Part shown: piece after piece, positions 8,168 through 17,000 of the stretch | Position numbering within the stretch: position 1 is the first letter of the stretch | How the letters are laid out: every line of letters starts with the position of its first letter | DNA from: a virus | Lineage: Duplodnaviria; Caudoviricetes | Direction: 5' to 3' (one strand) | DNA length: 27,719 nt | Virus record (IMG/VR): IMGVR_UViG_3300044448_001601 | Location: 1-27,719 of that record | Translations under genes and position numbers: made by a program | The notes under the pieces: model-generated | What the model saw: only the letters and a program-made list of their open reading frames with translations | Told to the model about the DNA's origin: nothing | Databases searched by the model: none

Positions 8168-11017
8168 TCACACTTTTTGCCCTTCTTGTTCCATTCTAGA
8201 TAATGCCATTTCAACAGATGTTGGTAGAGTCCCACCACCACGAAGTACATTTGTTCTTTTCTTGTCTTGTCTTTCTTCTCTTTTTGCTTTACGAGCTTCA
8301 GGAGTAGGATAAAATCCAAATTCTTGTTGCAATGCAAATCCTACCTGACCACCTCTTACTGAAGGCCAATGCCTTTCATAAGCTCTTCCTGCGAATGTAT
8401 TTAATATTTTCAACTTTCTACCAAAGTCAGTTGAAGTTGAAGGGTCATTAGCTTCTAGTCCTGAAATAAGAGTAAGGATACTATCTTCATCAAGACTAAC
8501 TAAATCAGTCATAACTCCTATATCTATTATATCACTTAATAAAGGGCCACCTATTGTTCCAAGTATAGGGCCTTTACCAAAGAAAGCAGCATCAACTTCA
8601 TCATCATCCTCACTTGTAAAATAAGTAAACCATTGCTTCATTCTTTCAATAGTGTCATGCTCAACTAAGTTGCTAGCATTTACTCCAAATATTTGAGATA
8701 TAACAGCTGGAACCATAAAATAAGCCATTCCCATTCTGTATGCTTTTTCCAATCCATGAGCAGAAGTATCCTTTCCAACAAAAAAACCAAGAGAATTCAA
8801 AAGTTGCCCAGTTGCAATATCATGTTTAGACTCTCTTAAAATCTTTAAATTCTTTTCAAAGAACTCAAAACTATAATGCTGGAATTGCAACATGAATCTA
8901 CCCATCTTAGTTCTAGATGCTTTATTTTTCGCATAATCTCCATAGTCAAAATGATTCATAATAACCATATTGATTGCATAATTTTTTGCCTTATCTCTAA
9001 TTACTTTTTCAAATTGAGCATCGCTTAAAACTTCTTTACCTTCAGCAATTCTTTTCTTTCCATAATCAGTTTCAGACCTATCTTTCAACATTTGTTCACG
9101 AACACCTGTGGCTTGCATCCATTTATGCATTTGAGCAAATGCAATTTTAAAAGTATGAGCTCTGTTTGTATTTTCAGCCCATCTATGCATACCAGTTATC
9201 ATTTTAGTCCCAGCTACTCCTTGAATTTTGTTTGCAATTTTCTCCATCTTAGTTTCACTGACCATTTCCCACTTACCATCAACGTCGTTCCAAGTCCTAG
9301 TTTTAAATATATTAGATGGAGCATCTAGTCCACTTTGTAGGTATTCTGGAGAAGCTCCTTGAAATAATAATCCAGATTCTCTTAATGCTTTTTCAATATA
9401 TAATTCATAATCACCAGTTTCAAATGTCATCTCTTCTAGATATTTTTTAGCATTTTTTATTTGAACTGGCCCCCAATGAACATAATCTAATAATCTCTGA
9501 GTAAAGTTTCTAGCAGCTCCTCTTGGGTTAAAACCAAGTTTAGATATAAATTCAAAACCAAGTAAAGATTTCATCATAGCTCTAGTATTTCTACTTACAT
9601 CGGTATCTCCATTAACAGCCCTATGCATTTCCTCTATATAACTAGTTAATGTACGAGCATATTCACCAGCATCTCCCTTTGTTTTATAAATTTTCTCAAC
9701 TTTTGTAAGGGATTCTACAATATGAGCATCCATGAAAGCTGCAAAATTAAATCTATTTACATCTTTAATATAATTACTTACAGAATTAACAAAGTTTCTA
9801 CTATAATCATAATCTTGAGCTCTTCCAGTAACGTGACCATCGGCATAATTTTTCATATCATCTAGTATATCATCAACAGTTCTTGTTTTAACTGATTCAT
9901 CATAAGTGGTTGAAGCTTGAAGTTCTTCTACCTTACCCATTAAACCATCCATAAAAGAAGCGTTTAAATCCCTAGTATAATGAGGAAAATAACCTTGTTC
10001 GTACTTAGGCATTAACTTTGATTCTAAAGATTCTAATGTTGCTTTTATCTTTGAAGTACTGTGTCCTGCGTGCTCCATCTTTAATTCTCTAGATTTTAGT
10101 ATCTTTCTAACACCACCCCTCAATGTGTTATACATTCCATCCATCATTGTCATATACGATGTTAAAGCGCTATACATATTGTCGCTCATTTTATCACCGT
10201 TCTCTAATGTTAGTTTTAATAAATCATTTTTATTTAATTTTAATGATTCTTTACCATTTTGAATTCTTTGTGCTTTAGATGGATTTTTTCTTTTTATTTC
10301 TAAAAATTTGTCTTGTAATAACTTAGGTATCCCAGCGGTATGTACTGTATCCTCTCCCTCTTTCTTGCTTTTACCCTCTATTAAATAAAGTAAATCATCA
10401 TATACTTTTAATTCAGAATCTTTAACAAGTTTGTTCATCTCTCTTCTTACTCTTACAATCTCATCAGATGCTCCCGGTTGTTTATTTTGCCAATCAGTTA
10501 TCGCTTGCCTATATTCAACATCTAATGCATCTAATTTATCTTGAGCTTGTTTTAGAGAACGTCCTTTAAAGTATTTCCCAGAACGTATACCAGCTTCGTT
10601 TTTTAAATTGCTAAGTATTCCATTGAATAATGTAGTATCTCTCATTTCGTTTGCTCTAAAATGAAATCCAGAACGTTGCATATCTTTTAATAATTGACCT
10701 ACAACTGGGTCTTTAGCTGCGAAACCAGTAGCTGGTCGCCACCAAGTCTCAAGCCATTTAGTTTCTAATGAACCATTTCTTATATTATTACTTAATTCTC
10801 TTAATCTAGATTTGTAAGAACCAACTTGACCAGCAGATAATTCTGGGTTATGCTCAAGAGTTTTAATGTCCATACCATGAAATTCTGTTTCAACCATTTT
10901 AAAAGCAGCTTCATATGGGTCACTAAAGTAATCTCTGTTAATATCAGACTCAGCCCATTTCTTAATACCCCTTATTAATTCTTGAAAATTTTTATTAGTT
11001 GGGCAAGCTCTAGCCAT
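8168..11017 (-). CDS. large internal virion/ejection protein (949 aa)
   Basis: The ATG at 11017 overlaps the upstream TAA (TAATG). Motifs GYFPHY, KLGFNPRGAARNFTQ and NHFDY...GRFMLQFQHYSF, plus hydrophobic C-terminal segments, recall large ejected proteins of podoviruses. Function is inferred from motifs and position. Confidence 0.6.
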   Translation of the reverse strand: MARACPTNKNFQELIRGIKKWAESDINRDYFSDPYEAAFKMVETEFHGMDIKTLEHNPELSAGQVGSYKSRLRELSNNIRNGSLETKWLETWWRPATGFAAKDPVVGQLLKDMQRSGFHFRANEMRDTTLFNGILSNLKNEAGIRSGKYFKGRSLKQAQDKLDALDVEYRQAITDWQNKQPGASDEIVRVRREMNKLVKDSELKVYDDLLYLIEGKSKKEGEDTVHTAGIPKLLQDKFLEIKRKNPSKAQRIQNGKESLKLNKNDLLKLTLENGDKMSDNMYSALTSYMTMMDGMYNTLRGGVRKILKSRELKMEHAGHSTSKIKATLESLESKLMPKYEQGYFPHYTRDLNASFMDGLMGKVEELQASTTYDESVKTRTVDDILDDMKNYADGHVTGRAQDYDYSRNFVNSVSNYIKDVNRFNFAAFMDAHIVESLTKVEKIYKTKGDAGEYARTLTSYIEEMHRAVNGDTDVSRNTRAMMKSLLGFEFISKLGFNPRGAARNFTQRLLDYVHWGPVQIKNAKKYLEEMTFETGDYELYIEKALRESGLLFQGASPEYLQSGLDAPSNIFKTRTWNDVDGKWEMVSETKMEKIANKIQGVAGTKMITGMHRWAENTNRAHTFKIAFAQMHKWMQATGVREQMLKDRSETDYGKKRIAEGKEVLSDAQFEKVIRDKAKNYAINMVIMNHFDYGDYAKNKASRTKMGRFMLQFQHYSFEFFEKNLKILRESKHDIATGQLLNSLGFFVGKDTSAHGLEKAYRMGMAYFMVPAVISQIFGVNASNLVEHDTIERMKQWFTYFTSEDDDEVDAAFFGKGPILGTIGGPLLSDIIDIGVMTDLVSLDEDSILTLISGLEANDPSTSTDFGRKLKILNTFAGRAYERHWPSVRGGQVGFALQQEFGFYPTPEARKAKREERQDKKRTNVLRGGGTLPTSVEMALSRMEQEGQKV

Positions 11018-14000
11018 TAACATTCACCTTCGTCATACTTTCTAATTCTTTCATCTATAAATTCTCTTTTAGTTTTATTAGACCTATATCCAACATTATC
11101 TCTTACTTGGCTTAAGTTATCAAACATTTGTTGCATAGACCTAAGTCTTTCGTGACTTAAAGTTGATGTCTTTTCAAGAGACATTGAATTGTAATATTTA
11201 CCACCACCCATCAATGCATAGACTGGATTATCTTTTATGTTTTTTACATTCTGATTATTCTGACCCATTAATTCAGGGTTTGTTAAAACTCTTTGAGCTA
11301 AGTTTCTCATTTTATCATCAAGAGATGCTCTATCTGCTAAATAATCCATCGGATGAATAATTCTATTAGACATTAATTGAGAATTTATATCAGTCATGTC
11401 ATCTAAATACTCTCTAAATTGTTGCTCTTGTCCAGATATAATTGCTATATTTCTATATAAATCAATTAAATGGTCATTCATTATATTAAATCCATCACTA
11501 ATTCTAGACTTATCCCTAGACCATTTTATCCTACTAAAGCTAGTTAATCCCCTGCTCATATCTTTATTCAAATCTGGCAATCTAACATCTTCTATCCTAA
11601 GATTTCTAACGCCTCCCCTAACTGTAACATCCATAGGGTCATCAACTAAATTATCACCTATGAGATTAATCCTATCAAATCTATCATTAAAAAATCTTTC
11701 AAATTGAGATTCCATAGTTTGCAAATTTCTTAAATTTTGTCTTACAATGTCTTGAGCATCAGGGCCAAATCCACCTTCATTTTCTGGTTTTAAGAAATCA
11801 ACCATACTATCATCATTAGGTCTTGTTTCAGCAACCCTAGTAAGGAATTGCAATCCTCTTTTATATCTATTTGATTTAGCATAAGGTATATCTATTAATC
11901 TACCATTATGAACACCAATGTTTTTTCTATCTTCAGTTGGTTTCATATATTCTAATACGAAATTAAATCCATATTCATTTAATCCCTTCATTAATAACTT
12001 ATGCTCCACTTCATAAAAAGTAGTAAGGTCTGGAGTTGTTCTTAAATACTCAATGGATTCACTATCTAAAATAGTTCTGTCACCATATTCCAATATATCT
12101 TTAAATGTATCTTGATTGCTAAAGAATTGCTTTCTCATATATAGTATTTCTTTTAAAAATTCCCTAGCTGGAGCTCCTAATGTTTTACCATAAGGAAGTA
12201 TCCTTTGAAGATTGTCAATAGCACTATATTGAATAGTTCCATCTTTAATATCGTCCTCACCAATCCATTTAAATCCAATAATACCATCTTTTAAATCTTT
12301 ATACTTTTTAGTTTTTTTGTATTTCTCTGGTATTAAAGCATCTGGTATTTCAGACTCAAGTTCCTTAATAAACTTATTAACTTTATCTATAGCTACTTTT
12401 CTTTTTACATGAGGAAGTTTACTATTCTGTATATCGATTATTTTCTTTTTTAAATTACCTATTAATTTAACTTTTTTCTGATGAGACCATTTACCTTCTT
12501 TTATTTCATGTTGAAATCTATCCGTAGCTTCAGATACATCTTTATCAGTTCCAGTTCTTAATTGCTGATACCATGAATCCATCAACTTTTCTTTAGCACC
12601 ACCAATGGAACGAACAGTTGTTTCTTCAAATGGGTCTCTTCTTGCAAATTGAGTCATTATTCTATCAACAACAGAGCCCCTTTCCCCCATAGCCATTTGT
12701 TTAGCATTGTTGTCTATTCTATTTTGCCCCATCAAGTCTTTAAAAATATCCCTTGACGGTTTCCAATATTTCTTTTTGTATTTTTTACCCTTATCCCACT
12801 TATCATATGACTTAGTCTCAACTCCAAAATAATCATTAAAATTCGAATCATCCATCCATTTTTTACTATCTGGGTCATCTGAGTCTATTCGCCTATGCCT
12901 TAAATTATAATATATACTATTACTAATATCACCCATAAACCCAGAATACTTTTTAGCAGCGGACATTACATCGGTAAACCTAGGAGGTCTTTGGTCTCCA
13001 GAATTTTCCCACATTGTTTTCCCAGTTGCATTTAACAATGAATTATATTGACTAAGCATTTCTTTTATAACAGCTTTCTCAATATTCGTTAAGTCAACTT
13101 CTTGCTTCTCTCCCTTGCTATTAGTTTTAAACTTTCTAAATACCCTAACTCTTTTTGAGTCCTTTTTGTGTTTAATATTATCAATAAAACCCATACCTCC
13201 ATTGTCTCTTATTGATTCACCACCAGCAATTGAGTTACCAATAGACGGAAAAAGAAATTTATCTTTCCATCTTCTTAAGTTGCTTGAAATTTCTGGATTA
13301 AGTTTTCCGCTTCCATCTATAATATATTGAGTTTCAAGAGCAGACCTCATAAAAAAATCTACATTTTGATAATCAATCGTAATAACACTATTGTCATTTG
13401 GGTTGTTTAATAAAACCTTAGCAGGAGCTCCTTCAGAACTGACAAGTTTTCCATCTTGAATTGTTTTAGTTTTCCTTTTAGACTCAGCTCCATAAAAAGG
13501 CTCAAGACCATAAAGGCCAAGTTGTTCATTTGGTATAGTATCAGCTAAGTTATCTAATGCAGATAAAGCTCTTGGAACTTTCTGAACAGTCCCTATGTTT
13601 TTTGTAAATTGTTCATTATCAGCGTATGATTCCCATCTTTTATCCCTATCATTTACTGGAGTTAATCCGACATTGCCTTCCGATGGTATCTTATATGAAT
13701 CTGGGTCTACTCCATTTATAAAATGTTGTTGAGTTCTATGAACATGATTCCACATTTCTTTTTGATGAGCAAAAAAGTAATCAGCCTTATCAACATCGTA
13801 ATCACCTTCAAATATATTTACAACATCAAGGCTAGCTAGTTGTATAGAATTGCCATAATCCCTATGTAAGAACCCTTTTAATCCCAACACTGTCATATCA
13901 TTAGGTCTAGTTCTAGGCTTTCTATTAACAATAACTCCTATTTCAGTATCTTTCCCCAATACAGAATTTGTAAACTGTATAAATTCATGCATTTCACCAA

Positions 14001-17000
14001 GAGTCCAATTTTGCATTTCTTCTTTTGAAAACTCACTATCAAATTTTCTAGTTCCTTTGCCCCTAACTATATATCCAACATCTTCAAAAACCTGTCTTTG
14101 ATATTCTACAATGTCATCTATAGTTTTATAATCTTTACCTAAATCTTCAACAAACCTTAATTCAAATCCATCTTTAGCCAGCTCACCTAATCTCATCCTA
14201 GATTCATATTGACTAAGCATAACCTGACCTCTCATAGCTATGTCTCCATCTTTTTTCACAATCGTAGGTCTCAACCTATCCGCTCCCCTAGCACTTTGTA
14301 TAATTATTGACTGACCACCATACCTATCAGAACCTTCACCACCGTCATATTGGTTGCTAACTGAACGCTTTCCATTTACTAAAGAATTTATATACATAGC
14401 ATATAATTTATTCTTAGCTATGTTGTCACTATAACTTAAAGGATTAGCATCCCTTGAGTATGTTGCAAAATGAACAATATTATTTAATTCACGAAGGCTT
14501 TGATTTTCACCATTCATATTTGGAGCTAATCCATCTTTAGCAGCTTCAGCTAATATAAACTTTCTCATTGCTATGGGGTCTTGAGCAATAGATTGCATAG
14601 CATCTAGGTTATAATCTAAATATCTTTCATATTGGTTTCTAAAAATCTCTCCACTTTCAGCATTGTCTGCATAATTAAAATTTGAAAGAGACTCTGGAGA
14701 TGTTTTAAATGGAGTATCTGATTGTGGCTGAAGCCCTAAAGCTTCTATACTTATTTTTCTTAATCGACCATTACCTTGACCATAATATCTAGTAGTTTTA
14801 TCCTTTCCAGAAATATAATTCCAGCTTCTATTAATCATCGACAAATCTTTTACAGAACCATCTTTTTGAATCTTTTCATTTGAATTCATAACTTTAGCTC
14901 CACTCTTACTTAAAAGAATGTCAGCTTCTGGATTACTTCTAAAGAAAGAATCTAATTCCCTAGTATAGACTAACAATGTTTTACCAAGTAATAATGGTTT
15001 ACCCTCACCATGAGAACTTATTACAGGTTTAATAGGGTTTCTTGAGTTATGGTTATGACCCATTAAAGCATGAGCAGCTATCATTGTACTTTCATTAACA
15101 AATGCTATACTATCAAAAGCTGATGTATCTTGATGAGCCTTTCCTTGCATTTCATCCCAAGTCCAATCTTTATAATTCGCACCAAGCTCTCTTCTTATAA
15201 TAGACTCTGTGTCGTCCCTAACTGTATTATATCCTTCATCATTCCAAACGAGGACACCAAACCCATCATTATCTGCAACTCTTTTTAATGCCGTAGCAGC
15301 TCTTTTAGAAGAACGTTGCCTACCAGCTTCAGCTGCAATACCACCAACTGTATTTATATTATAATTATGTTCAAATCTTTCAACTGCTTCGTATATCTGT
15401 GCTAAGTTTTCTACAAAATCTTTATCAAATCTTGTAAATTTCTTAGTATGCATTAATTTTATTCTACCACTTATTTTATCTTGATTTTTCCCATTAAGGA
15501 AATCTATAAACATACTATCTTTAAACCCACCAACTTTTTCCGTACCAGTAAGCATCTCTTTATGAGTTAGTCTATGTAGCATATACTCAGCTTCAGCTGG
15601 ATTGATAACAGTATCTTTTCCATCTGATTCTATTCTATCAATTTTATCTATTAATGTTTTCCATACTTTTGTTTCTTTAGATATTTCTGGATTATCTTTG
15701 TATTCATCATATAATTTTTTAAATGGTTCAAACAATTTTTTAAATTGACCTCTTTCAATGGCAATTACATCAGTTCCATTTCCTATCCTCATAACTTCTA
15801 ATCCACCTTCTTTAGAAGCTAGGCTATCACCATTTGGAAGTTTCATAACTCCCTTCATTAATCCTTGAAATACTGATAATTGAGAATTAACTGTATCAGC
15901 ATATCCACCAGCTGTTTTATCAACGTTTTGAGATTTACCAGAAAACAAATCAACATGTCTTAATCTAGTGTATCTACCACCAACGCTTTCAGTAATTGGA
16001 GCCATTGGATTTATTCTATAATAAGTCATTCCCATAGTGTTCATAAGCACATCAAATCCAGTTCTTTGATGAACTTTGCTTTCAACTTTTAAATTACCTC
16101 TATTAAAAGATATTTCAGTCACTGGTTTTTGCCTATGCTGGCTACCTACTAAGTAAGCATAGTCTTTTAAAGCATTTGTAAGTTTACCAGCTACTAATGA
16201 TTTTTGATTAGTAAGAGCTAATTTTGTCCACTTACCAAATGAATCTTCAATATAAACATTATTCGTAAATCTGGTAAAAATATCTTTATGTAATAATCCA
16301 ATAGCTCCATCCTTATTAACATCAGCATAATTATTATATATTAATTTTTGAAATTCATCAGCCATTTCTTTAGAACTAAGTTGACTAACATCGTTATCTT
16401 TATGCCCAAATCTATATTTACTCCAGAATTTTTGAAGAGTTATTGGTTTAGATTTGTCTCTTTCATAAACATCATCTAGTAATTTTTCAGTTGTAGCATC
16501 TTCTATTTCTTGATATGTCTCCTTTGAATAATTTGCATCATATCCAAATTTTTCCATATTGATAGTAAGTTCATCTGAAATTTCCTGAGCCTTCTTTAAC
16601 CAACTTTTATTCAATTTCCAATTACCAGCTCCAACACCCGGTTTGCTTATAACTTTAGCAGCTACTAACCATTTACTAAGTCTAGCTGCATTTGCTGGAG
16701 AACCATTTATAAATATTTCAATATTCTTCCTTAATGTTTCGTAACTCTTACCATCACTAGGTAAAGCTGCTATAAATTGAGTAATTGCTTGAGTAGCGTC
16801 AACATACTTACCCGGTGATTTGTGAATAATTCCATCTATCATTTGCATAAAAGCATTATCAGTTGAAACATACTTACCAGTTTCTAAGCTAACTAATCCC
16901 TCAGAATCATTAGCTCTTCTTTTACCATCTGAAATAAGTCTATCAACCCAATCATTATATTCTTTTGCTCTTCTATATTCTACTGAATCATTATTCAATA

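Noticed and set aside
1516-8337. Minus-strand ORFs at 1516-1737, 3257-3451, 5097-5342, 7424-7606 and 8092-8337
   Set aside because: The first four are antisense shadows of well-supported + strand genes; 8092-8337 is an alternate-frame overlap of the 949-aa gene end. None has a recognisable motif.
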